A stretch of 64,000 nucleotides of DNA. It comes from a virus (lineage: Duplodnaviria; Heunggongvirae; Uroviricota; Caudoviricetes). Positions 9,871-19,730 of this stretch are shown here, piece by piece. Every line of letters begins with the position of its first letter. Within the stretch, counting starts at the first letter, position 1. Where the stretch lies: positions 29,244 to 93,243 of IMG/VR virus record IMGVR_UViG_3300019867_000001; one strand, written 5' to 3'. The notes under the pieces are model-generated. The model saw nothing but the letters and a program-made list of their open reading frames with translations. It did no database searches and was not told where the DNA came from. The position numbers were made by a program, and so were the translations under genes.

Positions 9871-10643
9871 TACTCAGGCATATTAACAGATTTTATTTTA
9901 TAACGTAAAGTTTCTCTGCAAATACCTAAAGCATTTGCAGCTTCCATTGTACTGTTAAATATACCAATCGGTGTTTTTACCTGTTTTCTATTACATGAAA
10001 TAGATCCAATTCTATTACTTTGTTTAGGAGGATCTAAGTAATAATATTCATCAGGATTTTCTAAACAACGCCTTGATACTGTTTTATTTGAAATACCATG
10101 CGCTGTTGATGCTGCACCTACATATGGAAATATACCTAATGGTGTTCTAATACGTCTACTCATACCATGATTCTCTTTACTTGCTGATACCATTTTTCTT
10201 ATACTACCTAAATCTTCAAAACCTTCTGTATGTCTTCTAATAATGTCCTGAAATGTACTTGCTGGAATTTTATGTGCTTCTGCTGCATCAAGATATGTTT
10301 TAAATATACCTAAAGGGGTTTTTACAGCTTTACATAACATTCCATATTTATTCATTGCATTATTTGAAGATCTAATCTCAATTTTATTTAATATATAATT
10401 AGATTTATTAGCACGCATCATAAAAAATGCCATTGCCATTTCAGGGCTGTTATGAATTTTAAATAATAACCAATGTGCTAACAAATGTTGTCTACCTGTT
10501 AAATATATTAAATTTGATTTATCATTATTACCACCTAAAGCTTTAGGTATAATATGATGACGTTCATAACCATTAGTATTAATAGGTCTATTTACAAATC
10601 CATATTTTTGTAATAGATTATTATAGTGTAACTTATAATTCAT
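9852..10643 (-). CDS. HNH homing endonuclease with three NUMOD3-like repeats (intron-encoded)
   Basis: HNH motif ERHHIIPKALGG...NLIYLTGRQH. Three K/RTPLGIF...A(A/E)A...GI repeats. Lies inside the intron between RNAP motif-A and motif-B exons, and overlaps the downstream exon start. Confidence 0.6.
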   Translation of the reverse strand: MNYKLHYNNLLQKYGFVNRPINTNGYERHHIIPKALGGNNDKSNLIYLTGRQHLLAHWLLFKIHNSPEMAMAFFMMRANKSNYILNKIEIRSSNNAMNKYGMLCKAVKTPLGIFKTYLDAAEAHKIPASTFQDIIRRHTEGFEDLGSIRKMVSASKENHGMSRRIRTPLGIFPYVGAASTAHGISNKTVSRRCLENPDEYYYLDPPKQSNRIGSISCNRKQVKTPIGIFNSTMEAANALGICRETLRYKIKSVNMPEYCFVEN

Positions 10644-11217
10644 TTAAGTTTCCTATATTTGCTTTGTTAAAATTCTACATATTCCTATGCAGTCCAGACT
10701 ATATCATCAAGCAAAAGATAAACTTAATTTATCAATTGTTTGTCGGGCGCTTCGATAGGACTTCCTATCTACTTCCTTTCGGAATAGTCGTTGCACCTTA
10801 AAACAAACCATTGTACCATATTTCATGGTACTATAGTAAGTAATCTTGGCTCAGGATTGACCGTTCTGGTGTTCCCCTGAATTCACCCGATTTTCGATGC
10901 ATATTACTATGCAAAGCCTCTATAAGTTAAAGGTGACCATATTTTGCCGTAAATGTTCAAATCTGTTCGTTACTCAGATTCGGTTTAATAATAAACTTCT
11001 ATTAATAAACACCTGCATGTCACCATGCAGCTCAGACTATATCTTCAAACAAAAATTACTTATTTTCGAATGTCCCGCGTTTCGACTGGACTACCAGTCT
11101 ATGGGTTTCATCTTCTGTTCTAGAAGGTATACCCTAGTCGTTGAACCTTCAAACTCATTCCTGAGTAAGCTTGGCTGCTGATTGACTCGTGTGAGCGTTT
11201 CCAGCAATTAACGGGAT
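9871..11217 (-). mobile_element. group I intron-like region with two tandem family-A cores (10681-10920 and 11021-11217) plus HNH ORF
   Basis: Both cores carry cagactatatcatca / tagtcgttg(c/a)accttcaa / cttggctc(ag)gattg blocks. The 100-nt spacer between them has stops in all frames. Could be tandem introns, a twintron, or a degenerate duplicate. Confidence 0.4.
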
Positions 11218-11640
11218 TTAGGCAAGACACAAAGAATTTATCTTGCTTGCCTTACGGAGGTCTTTTTCCGTAAGGCCTAACTTAACATTTAATTCTCGAA
11301 ATCTTGGATCATTAAATGTTAATGCAGCTATCTGATCATATAGACGCTTTTTATGATCAGTAGGGATCACATTACTTAACTCTGCTAACTGTTTGTTTTT
11401 AGTAGTAAGCGCTATGATCTGCGCACCACTACTTGATGCATCTTGCTCTAAGGCTAATGCTGTTTTATATGAATTAAGCTTTTCAAGTGACTTGACAGAG
11501 TAATTACCTTCTAAATAATTATCTATTTTAGCTGTTTCTTGAGCCAAACGTAAGACTTTACCTATATCTTCGGCATCAACATTTGCAAGGAATTTAGAAT
11601 CCAATATTGCGCGTATATCATTTGGTTTACCTTTAAGCAT
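11218..11640 (-). CDS. single-subunit RNA polymerase, exon with motif A
   Basis: MLKGKPNDI... aligns with T7 LAKGKPIGK. ALEQDASSSGAQIIAL aligns with T7 motif A (LAFDGSCSGIQHFSAM). Confidence 0.55.
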   Translation of the reverse strand: MLKGKPNDIRAILDSKFLANVDAEDIGKVLRLAQETAKIDNYLEGNYSVKSLEKLNSYKTALALEQDASSSGAQIIALTTKNKQLAELSNVIPTDHKKRLYDQIAALTFNDPRFRELNVKLGLTEKDLRKASKINSLCLA

Positions 11641-12805
11641 ATGATTGCCAATATCAACTAAGTCTTTACGCCAATATTGAGCTATTTGTTGTCTTCCAGT
11701 GATAGAAAGTGAATTGTATTTTAATTCGTATGAGTCATCTAAGCCGCCTAAGAATGCCCCAATTTGATCTTGAAAATTAGCAAAACCGGGTATTCCAAGA
11801 ATTTTCGATTCTTCAGTATTTAAAAACGGTCTACATTTATGTTCAAGTATATTCGCTAAATATACTCAGGCTTATCAGGCATTTATTAATAATTCTTCCA
11901 AGATCTTCCTTGTTTTATTCCACTAATTGTACCAGAATGAACTTTAAATTTTTTTGCAATATTAGCAAGGCTAATTCCATCAAGAAGCATTTGTCTTATA
12001 ATAGGAATATCTGTTACTGTTAATTTTTTTATAATTCCAACTTTATCAAAAACAGGTCGTTTTATATGTTTCCAACTAATTCCAACACGTATTTTATAAA
12101 TAGAAGAATGTACAATATTATATATTTTTGCTATTTCAATATCTGTACAACCATCTTTAATAAGTTCTATTATATCAAGAACATCAGATTCTTTTAATAT
12201 AGATTCAGGTCTATCCTCACCTTTACAACTACAATTATTAGTAATACCATGTTTATAATTATCAATAAGACTCATCCATTCTAAATTATTATAATTATTA
12301 TTAAGTTTATTACAATCTTTATGATTAACAGTTAAACCTTCAACATACCCATCTACAAAGGCTTTTGCAACAAGTCTATGTACAGTGCGTGTATTTAATT
12401 TACTGTCAAAAAATAAACTTATCTTTAAGTAACCCCTTTCAGTAAGTGATTGACTTAAGATATAATCATATTTATTTTTAACACGTCCTAATGAACTGAT
12501 TTCATACGTTGTATCTTCTATTTGTTTCCATATTTCTTCCATTTTACACCTAAATGTTGTGCCTGATAGCACTTCTGCAATTTCGTTTCCTTATATGCAG
12601 ATCAGACTATATCATCAACCCATAAAGGTTGTCGCGCGCTTCCACTAGGCTTCTAGTGTACAGACTTCATAATCCTTTAACAGGATCGTATGTCTTAGTC
12701 GTTGCACCTTCAAGAGTATTACTACTCAAGCTTGGCTCAGTATTGTCCTTGCGAGGATATCCACTGAATTCACGCGATTTTCGATGTATATTACTATACA
12801 AAGCG
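11641..12805 (-). mobile_element. group I intron-like element (family A) carrying an HNH endonuclease gene
   Basis: Family core at 12590-12805. The T7 alignment runs continuously across the junction (…GETLIS | MLKGKP…), so about 1.17 kb must be removed. Confidence 0.5.
11886..12572 (-). CDS. HNH homing endonuclease (NUMOD4-like N-terminus, C-terminal HTH), intron-encoded
   Basis: EEIWKQIEDTTYEISSLGRVKN resembles NUMOD4. HNH core VNHKDCNKLNNNYNNLEW. C-terminal GISLANIAKKFKVHSGTI looks like a helix-turn-helix. Confidence 0.55.
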   Translation of the reverse strand: MLSGTTFRCKMEEIWKQIEDTTYEISSLGRVKNKYDYILSQSLTERGYLKISLFFDSKLNTRTVHRLVAKAFVDGYVEGLTVNHKDCNKLNNNYNNLEWMSLIDNYKHGITNNCSCKGEDRPESILKESDVLDIIELIKDGCTDIEIAKIYNIVHSSIYKIRVGISWKHIKRPVFDKVGIIKKLTVTDIPIIRQMLLDGISLANIAKKFKVHSGTISGIKQGRSWKNY

Positions 12806-13282
12806 TCAAGAAATTAACGTTTCCCCTGATTGAACACCGATAAGTCCACGTTCATAAATCCTAGCTCTATGATCCAAAAATGGATGATTACTAAAAGCAT
12901 AATTATTCTTTCTTAACCACTCCATCGCCTTAAGTCGTTCATAAGAATCTCCACGTTCAATCATAAACTCACGATAACGATTTAAGTCATTGTAGTATTG
13001 AGCTTTACCTTTATCATCTTGAAAATTAAGCAATTTACCTATAAAATCATGAAATTCAGGGTCTATTTTATACTTAGCATTTGCTGTCCAATTAAGAGCA
13101 TCAGTCATGTCTTTATCTATTAGCTTGGTAGGAAAATTCTTAAAGCTATCTGTTGATGTTAAAGGTATCTGTGTATCTCTGTTTTTATAATCAAAATAAG
13201 TTTTATAGCCTTCACGTATTTTAAGTCTATTCTTATCATCTACTACGCTTACTCTTAATCCTAATTCAATTTTTCGTTGCAA
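12806..13282 (-). CDS. single-subunit RNA polymerase, exon with T/DxxGR motif
   Basis: NNYAFSNHPFLDHRARIYERG aligns with T7 ANHKAIWFPYNMDWRGRVYA. The coding frame stays open upstream into 13283-13450. Confidence 0.55.
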   Translation of the reverse strand: MQRKIELGLRVSVVDDKNRLKIREGYKTYFDYKNRDTQIPLTSTDSFKNFPTKLIDKDMTDALNWTANAKYKIDPEFHDFIGKLLNFQDDKGKAQYYNDLNRYREFMIERGDSYERLKAMEWLRKNNYAFSNHPFLDHRARIYERGLIGVQSGETLIS

Positions 13283-13672
13283 TTTAGAATACTCTTGAAT
13301 TCGAGGATCGACAATTCTAAGATTAACTGAGAATGTGTCGTAGTACGGACCCGTTTTGTTAGATGGTCTTCGTTAAAGATCATCAAATGCTTGCCATTTA
13401 TTTCTCTATGTGTTGTGCTGGCAAGCACTTCTGCAATTTCAAAAATAAACTCATTTAATTATATGCAGACCAGACTATATCATCATCCTATTACTAGGAT
13501 GCTGCGCGCTTTGAGCAGACTTCTGCCCTATGGACTTCATCGTCTGTTCTAGACGGTATGTCCTAGTCGTTGAACCTTCGAACCTGTCCCCAGGTAAGCT
13601 TGGCTGCTGATTGTCCTGAAAGATTTTTTAACGAAAAATCTTATAGGATGTTCCAGCAATTCACGCAGTTAT
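13283..13672 (-). mobile_element. group I intron-like element (family A) with a decayed endonuclease-gene start, between MuF gene and RNAP exon
   Basis: Family core at 13451-13672. Its 3' tail (gaaattgcagaagtgct…aaataaATGgcaagcatTTGA) is homologous to the region preceding the HNH ORF at 12572, but here the ORF stops after 4 codons. The 5' family sequence extends into the last codons of the MuF ORF. Confidence 0.4.
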
Positions 13673-16600
13673 TCAATATACATTACTGTATAAGGCTTCA
13701 TTTAAAAAGTATCTTCTGCCTACTCTACTCTTCATTCGTCGTTTTTGTACACCATAAGTTTCTAATTTATAAATACCCTTGTCATCTGCAACATCCAGAA
13801 GTTTTACGCCTAGTTCAAACCATTCTTTTCGGCTACCTCTATAATTAGCCATATTATAAAGATCACGACCTAAACTAACAGCGAATTGATCTCTATCAGG
13901 CATATCAGCTAATGAAAGCCTATGGGCAAACTTTAAGTAAAATTCTGATAAATCACGGTCTGTTAGACTTAAAAAGTTTTTCTTTAGAGGCAATTTTGGA
14001 TCAATAAAAACCCTACCTAAAACTCCTCTTAACTCTCTTGCAATTTTAGGCGCAGTAGTATTTTCCCAAGTATTTCGCTTTTGTATATTCTCAAGAAAGT
14101 TATCATGTAAATCTTGTAATTGGACTGGTCCTAAAACTGGATCAATGTAATTTTCTTGCTTCAGCTTGAAAAGTAAATTAGCATCTTTGCGTATTTGTGT
14201 TTCAATGTAATCAGACACATTCATTACATCAAATTTCATTTGTCCATTTAGAACAGCTTTTAAATTAGCCCAAGGTATTTTGTTTTCACGTGCTCGTTGA
14301 AATATAATCCTTAAATTATCCGTTATAACAGCACGTTGATTAGTACCCATATGACCATCAAGGTCATCTACAAACTTAAGTATAAAGTCTTTATCTTTAG
14401 GTAGTAATACCTCTGATTCTTCTACTAGTCTTTTAGTATTCTCTAATACCTGCATATTTGGTTGGTAAATCCTTGCATCATCATACCTACCAGTAAAGGG
14501 ATTATACTTCAAATTATCTTCAGTAGGCGGTGAACTTAATACTCTAATTTTAGTATTACGTTTATTATGTAATAATGTACCCCTATAATTAGTAAGCGAA
14601 AGCATTCCATCCAACTCACCATCCTGTAGCAAATAATACTCTTTAAGTGCTTTTTGAAATTCTTTAGATTCTAAAATTTCATCAGGACGTGCTGCACCAA
14701 GTTTAAGAGTATCAAGTTTTTCTTTAGCTAATGCAAATCTACGTGTATCTCCTGGTAAAGCATAACCTGGATCTGTAAGTTTACGGAGTTCCTTAATACC
14801 TATTGAATTGCCTTCATCATTAGTAAATTTATCAAGAGTTAATTGTCCACTTCTGAATACTTCAAGTTTTTTGATATCTCCTAAATGCCTTAACTGAACT
14901 TCTGATGCTTGCCGCGTCAGCCATTCATTATAGGATTCCTTTAATGGAGACTGCCCATCATAAAATGCAATTTGCTTATCAGTTAATCCTTCGAGATTCC
15001 GTTTACGTATTTGGGCTATCCCTTCAAGTTCACCTAGTTGCTCATAGCTTTTTACAATCGGTATAGTAGAGGATCTACAATTACTACCCCAAATTATCTT
15101 ACCATTTCTTTTAGTAAGCAATGTATGCTTATCAGCTAATTCTATATCATAAACTTTGTATAGGCCATCACATTCAACTATAATAGTAGCATCCGTTAAC
15201 CTTCTATATTGACTTCTATTCCAAGCAATATGATAAACTAAATAATTACCATCAATTGTATCTCCATTTTTCTTTATAACAAAACTTGGAAGTCGTTCAT
15301 AAACACTTGCTGAATCCCCAACTTTAATTATAAGTTCACATAAATCTGCCATTAATTGTTTTGAAGTAGTAAAAAATTTTCTTACTAGATTTGAAGTATA
15401 TCCTTCAAAATCAGATTGTTTAACAGAAGTACCATCTCCTAACAAGTATGCTTCAAGAAAAACTAATAAATCACTTTTAGGTAAATTTTTAATTTCTTTT
15501 GGTATATACTTTTCAGTACATTTTCCAAATTTTAATAACCAATTATTTAAATTTTGATCAACAAAACCTAATCCAGTTTGACGATTAGATGGGTTTAATT
15601 CTTTTAATTCTTCTAACATTAATTGTTTATGTGTATACTGCGAAATACAACAATCAATGTAACCTTTATTTTTAATTGATACAGATCCATCCGATAACCA
15701 CCAAGCCATAAATTTACAAAATATAGAAACAGATGGAAATTCAAAATTATTTACAATTATTTTATCTATACTTTTGCCTATCCACTTAGATGATGCAAAC
15801 ATTCTAAAATCAACTTTAGGCGGTATATCTAAAATTGAATTATAATATTTTGGTAAATATTCTTTATAATTGCCTCTATCAACCCTCTTTTGTCCTATGA
15901 AAGGATGATCTGCAGTTACTGCGATGTCGACTGAAAATGCTTTTATAAAAATTATCTCTTCAACTTCTTTTTCAAATTTAGTTATAATTGGTTGCCAAGT
16001 TAAGTCTTCAGTTTCAGGATCTAAAGATAAACATTTTTCATTTATAATTGTATCTTTAATTAATTTAAATCCATTTTCAGTCAATACTTCTGTATCTTCC
16101 AGGTAACAGAAAAAGTGACTGGGCGGGAGATGACTTGTATCACTTATTGGGTACACAGTGCCATCTCGATGAGCACAAAGTGGCGTTGTTCTGCTATCCA
16201 ATACAGCAACATATTGCCATCCTTGTAATGCTTTTTCATTAACTTTATAAACTTCGTGATCTGTTTGAGCGTATACACTTGTAATAGCAGTAGTAACTAA
16301 GCCTTGAGATTGGTTCTTTGTTATTTTAAATATACTACCTTTACGTACATTTAAGGCTATTTCTTCTTCTGTAAGTCCTTCTGCTAATCCTTTACGTATT
16401 AACGATTCAATCCTAATCTTCTCACCTTTAGCAATACTATTCCAGCCTTGAGCTAGAGTTTGATTGCTATAAATTGGACGTGATAAAACTATATCCTCAG
16501 CTATCCTTCGAGTAGGCTTAGAAGTATGCCAAATTTTGCCTAAAGACGCATCTAAACTTTGATATGTATACGAAATTTGATCTCCAACTAAATCAAGCAA

Positions 16601-16870
16601 TGATCGTTTAGTAGTTGTATGTAAAGCATGAGTTGTTCTTGCTAATTCTGCATCTACAGCTTCTCTAAATTTAATAAAACCAGGTCCATTCATTTTAGCT
16701 TTACGTACCAAGTCTTCGATTTTAACTGCATGCCCATCTACTATTAATGATACTTTGCCTTGAACTCTTCGCTCATAAAGTCTTATCATTGCTGATCGAT
16801 CTATTGATTTATCATAAATTTCAGTATTTACATTTATAGCAGTCATACTAATCCTTAATAAAGTAATCAA
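13673..16870 (-). CDS. head morphogenesis protein (Mu F / SPP1 gp7 family) with intein and long C-terminal extension
   Basis: Exteins reconstitute the Mu-F signature ...YVAVLDSRTTPLCAHRDGTVYP...LPPSHFF|CRSS (H.NCRC-like). 1065 aa, including a 343-aa intein and about 470 aa after the MuF domain. Confidence 0.6.
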   Translation of the reverse strand: MITLLRISMTAINVNTEIYDKSIDRSAMIRLYERRVQGKVSLIVDGHAVKIEDLVRKAKMNGPGFIKFREAVDAELARTTHALHTTTKRSLLDLVGDQISYTYQSLDASLGKIWHTSKPTRRIAEDIVLSRPIYSNQTLAQGWNSIAKGEKIRIESLIRKGLAEGLTEEEIALNVRKGSIFKITKNQSQGLVTTAITSVYAQTDHEVYKVNEKALQGWQYVAVLDSRTTPLCAHRDGTVYPISDTSHLPPSHFFCYLEDTEVLTENGFKLIKDTIINEKCLSLDPETEDLTWQPIITKFEKEVEEIIFIKAFSVDIAVTADHPFIGQKRVDRGNYKEYLPKYYNSILDIPPKVDFRMFASSKWIGKSIDKIIVNNFEFPSVSIFCKFMAWWLSDGSVSIKNKGYIDCCISQYTHKQLMLEELKELNPSNRQTGLGFVDQNLNNWLLKFGKCTEKYIPKEIKNLPKSDLLVFLEAYLLGDGTSVKQSDFEGYTSNLVRKFFTTSKQLMADLCELIIKVGDSASVYERLPSFVIKKNGDTIDGNYLVYHIAWNRSQYRRLTDATIIVECDGLYKVYDIELADKHTLLTKRNGKIIWGSNCRSSTIPIVKSYEQLGELEGIAQIRKRNLEGLTDKQIAFYDGQSPLKESYNEWLTRQASEVQLRHLGDIKKLEVFRSGQLTLDKFTNDEGNSIGIKELRKLTDPGYALPGDTRRFALAKEKLDTLKLGAARPDEILESKEFQKALKEYYLLQDGELDGMLSLTNYRGTLLHNKRNTKIRVLSSPPTEDNLKYNPFTGRYDDARIYQPNMQVLENTKRLVEESEVLLPKDKDFILKFVDDLDGHMGTNQRAVITDNLRIIFQRARENKIPWANLKAVLNGQMKFDVMNVSDYIETQIRKDANLLFKLKQENYIDPVLGPVQLQDLHDNFLENIQKRNTWENTTAPKIARELRGVLGRVFIDPKLPLKKNFLSLTDRDLSEFYLKFAHRLSLADMPDRDQFAVSLGRDLYNMANYRGSRKEWFELGVKLLDVADDKGIYKLETYGVQKRRMKSRVGRRYFLNEALYSNVY
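15080..16108 (-). mobile_element. intein with LAGLIDADG homing endonuclease in the MuF protein (residues 255-597)
   Basis: N-terminal block CYLEDTEVLTENG. Two LAGLIDADG motifs (FMAWWLSDGS, LEAYLLGDGTS). C-terminal ...IIWGSN followed by extein Cys. Flanks rejoin to HFF-CRSS. Confidence 0.6.
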
Positions 16871-17060
16871 GTACTAAATCTTCATGCCATGTACGTAATG
16901 CATTACCATTATAAGTTTTAGGACAAGCTTTAATATTATGTTTAAATGAACCACAGTATCCACATTTTAAATATAATCTATTTGATTGACCATCTGCAGT
17001 TTTAGAGCATAATACTTTATTATGCAATTTACTACCACAATATGTGCAATAATGACTCAT
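16848..17060 (-). CDS. small Cys-rich zinc-ribbon protein
   Basis: 70 aa with CTYCGS...C and CGYCGS...C pairs. Confidence 0.3.
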   Translation of the reverse strand: MSHYCTYCGSKLHNKVLCSKTADGQSNRLYLKCGYCGSFKHNIKACPKTYNGNALRTWHEDLVLDYFIKD

Positions 17061-17185
17061 TTTTTAGCCTTCCGTTTCATACTGTATGCAATAGCAATTG
17101 CTTGTTTAACAGGTTTTCCAGCTTTAACTTCAGCTTTAATATTCGATTTAAATGCTTTTTCTGATTTAGATTTAATTAGCGGCAT
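17057..17185 (-). CDS. small basic protein (42 aa), below the ORF-track cutoff
   Basis: [42 protein letters not shown]. Its stop overlaps the next ATG (ATGA). Confidence 0.25.
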   Translation of the reverse strand: MPLIKSKSEKAFKSNIKAEVKAGKPVKQAIAIAYSMKRKAKK

Positions 17186-17187
17186 AA

Positions 17188-17664
17188 TTACGATTCCTTT
17201 GCAAACTCTCCATGATATTCTTTAACTGCTTCATTACGAGCATTACGAGCTTCTTCTTCAGTGTCAAACAAGCCTAAAGTGTGCCTTTGACCATCAACAG
17301 TTATTCTCGCACGATACTTACCACTAAATAAATCTACACCTTTAATACCTGTAGTATTCGTTTCAGGCATTGATCGATTTTGCATATTTTGTTCGGCAGT
17401 AGCTGGTCGAAGATTCTCAGGTGTATTATTAAGTCTATCTGTATCTTTATGATCTATACGCTCGGGGTAATCATCATTATATAACATATAGATTAAACGA
17501 TGAACTTTATATGTATGCCCTGCAAACTTTACTTGTAAATAACCTTCACTATTAAGCGTACCTACAGGTTGATTCTTTACTATATTAGGCCCATTATTTA
17601 TATTCCAAAATAACTTGCCATTTTTATAATAAAATACTTCACGGACTTGCTTATGGTTAAGCAT
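17188..17664 (-). CDS. HNH-AP2 homing endonuclease (free-standing)
   Basis: HNH core [19 protein letters not shown]2-like GIKGV...[28 protein letters not shown]. Confidence 0.6.
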   Translation of the reverse strand: MLNHKQVREVFYYKNGKLFWNINNGPNIVKNQPVGTLNSEGYLQVKFAGHTYKVHRLIYMLYNDDYPERIDHKDTDRLNNTPENLRPATAEQNMQNRSMPETNTTGIKGVDLFSGKYRARITVDGQRHTLGLFDTEEEARNARNEAVKEYHGEFAKES

Positions 17665-19379
17665 TATTGCAATTGAGCAGGTTGTTTAGATTTCTTTTTA
17701 ACTGGATTTTCTTGTGCATCTACTGCATTCTCTAGATTTCCTTGTTGAGTCATTGCTTTAATATAACTAGGATCAGATAAATTCTTATCAACTATTCCTT
17801 GTTGCATTATAGCAGCATAATCAGCAACTTCAGGTGAAGCACCAGTAGCTAAAATAATATTATCTGTAATAATTTCTTGTTGGCCTTCTCCATCATCATA
17901 ATCTGGTTCAAGAATATCATTATGCTTCATAATAAGTATCCAAATGCTTCTTGGTATTAAGCCTTGTTGATACCATTCAGTAATTAATCTGAGCCAATCT
18001 GCACCTAGTGGAGCTGGGTTAAAATCAGCAGAAAGCATAAATTTAACATCTTTTGCTGTATATTTAGTTCCATAACGCCAGTTTAACATACATGCAATTA
18101 TACTAGCAAATTGATTACTTACTTTAATATTAAAAGTACCAAGTTGCGCTGTCTGTGCTGCATTTCGAATATCAAGTGCTACTCCACTTTGACTTACTTC
18201 TGGAGCAAGCATTCGAAGACCCATTTTAGCCATTTCTTCAAATGCTGCAGCTATACTCCTATCCATATCTTTAAGAGATTCTGTTGGTGTTTCTAATACA
18301 GTTGCAGTATCGCCTTGTTGTAAATGAAGCCATGTACCTAAACCAGCACCAACAATTTCTTTGAATTTATCATCATTCATATCAGAGCATATAACTGGTG
18401 TATATGTCGCTGCACCATAAAGTAAGTGATTACGTCTACTTATTTTATTATACAATGCTATTTCTTTATCGATTAAGGGAATTAAAATAGGCTCTACAGG
18501 TTGAACACTGCCATTAACAGGCCATGCTGGTATGTAATTGAGTCTTTCACCATTCATCATAATATTAGTGATTGTATCAACTAAAATAAAGCCTTGACCA
18601 AAATTAGTTAAAACGCCATAACCATAATTTTGTTGTATTTGACCATTTATTACTGGTATCATTGCGCTTTCATTTCTATTTTGAAATTTACGTATTTGGT
18701 AATATCCATCTACTATTTCATGTACCCATACAGTATCTAGCTGTTTAGCATGAAATTCATCTTTATCTCGTACTGATTCATAATTACGTACTATGACCAT
18801 TATTAAATCTTGGGAACCATCACCGCTAGGATCACCTAAATCCCAATTAATTACACTTTCAGCTTTCCATAATACTGGATAAGGCTTGTACATAAGTAAT
18901 TCTTGCTGAGTTAAATTTTCATTATTTCCAATATTAGGATAATCTAAATATACCCAAGCTCTGCTAGTTTGTACTTCTTCCCATAATGCTCTATCAAGAA
19001 AACTAATAAGTGGTGAACAATCTTGAGCAAATTCATTCATTATCCAATTATAAGCATCTGCAGGGGCATCTTTAGGAAGCACTAATTGAGGTTGTTTTCT
19101 AAGTAATCCACCTACTACTGTTTTGGCGTATTGGGATACTATGCCTGGTAGCTCAGCTTCTGCCTTGTAGAAGTTATACTGTAATTGTGTCATTGAAGGT
19201 GAAAAAGGAATCAATAGATTCTTAAAAGAAAACACATCTAATACAGAATCTAAATCTTTTACAAACCTTTCACCACCACAAACAGCCCTTGATTTACTCC
19301 ATAATGGTTGCATTGATTCATAAACAGTAAGTGGATCAGCTACTGTTTTACCTATACGAGTCTCATTAAAAACTGTCAT
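17664..19379 (-). CDS. portal protein
   Basis: 571 aa immediately upstream of the MuF gene, in the canonical terminase-portal-MuF order. Size typical of portals. Confidence 0.5.
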   Translation of the reverse strand: MTVFNETRIGKTVADPLTVYESMQPLWSKSRAVCGGERFVKDLDSVLDVFSFKNLLIPFSPSMTQLQYNFYKAEAELPGIVSQYAKTVVGGLLRKQPQLVLPKDAPADAYNWIMNEFAQDCSPLISFLDRALWEEVQTSRAWVYLDYPNIGNNENLTQQELLMYKPYPVLWKAESVINWDLGDPSGDGSQDLIMVIVRNYESVRDKDEFHAKQLDTVWVHEIVDGYYQIRKFQNRNESAMIPVINGQIQQNYGYGVLTNFGQGFILVDTITNIMMNGERLNYIPAWPVNGSVQPVEPILIPLIDKEIALYNKISRRNHLLYGAATYTPVICSDMNDDKFKEIVGAGLGTWLHLQQGDTATVLETPTESLKDMDRSIAAAFEEMAKMGLRMLAPEVSQSGVALDIRNAAQTAQLGTFNIKVSNQFASIIACMLNWRYGTKYTAKDVKFMLSADFNPAPLGADWLRLITEWYQQGLIPRSIWILIMKHNDILEPDYDDGEGQQEIITDNIILATGASPEVADYAAIMQQGIVDKNLSDPSYIKAMTQQGNLENAVDAQENPVKKKSKQPAQLQ

Positions 19380-19469
19380 CTCAGACTCCTAAGATATACG
19401 AATCTTCTACAGTACCATTAGCTATATATTGTACAATCTTCCAATTGGAAGGTGTATAAGGAATAGCCA

Positions 19470-19718
19470 TTAAATTTGACCTTTTAAGTGTTTACCAAAA
19501 TCTTTAGGTGTACCACTAAATACAGAACCAGTAATACTATTTCTTGCTTCAATCTGATCGCCAGTTGTAGGTAAAACATTCCAATTAGCAGGTACTGAAT
19601 CAGCATACTTATTAGTAGTAGGTATGGTCTTCAGTCTACTGGCATCAAATCCTGAAGGAGTATCTGTAACTGGAGTTTTAGGTATATTAATTGGTCCTCT
19701 TGCTGTATCTAAACTCAT
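19470..19718 (-). CDS. hypothetical protein
   Basis: 82-aa ORF. Confidence 0.25.
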   Translation of the reverse strand: MSLDTARGPINIPKTPVTDTPSGFDASRLKTIPTTNKYADSVPANWNVLPTTGDQIEARNSITGSVFSGTPKDFGKHLKGQI

Positions 19719-19730
19719 TTTAATTTCCTT

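Noticed and set aside
13673-13700. MuF ORF terminating normally at 13673, with the downstream element being a simple intergenic repeat
   Set aside because: This is not fully rejected. The last 8 codons of the ORF are part of the conserved intron-family sequence seen at five other sites. That argues the stop codon is intron-derived and the real exon ends upstream. The splicing hypothesis is therefore kept, but it is unproven.
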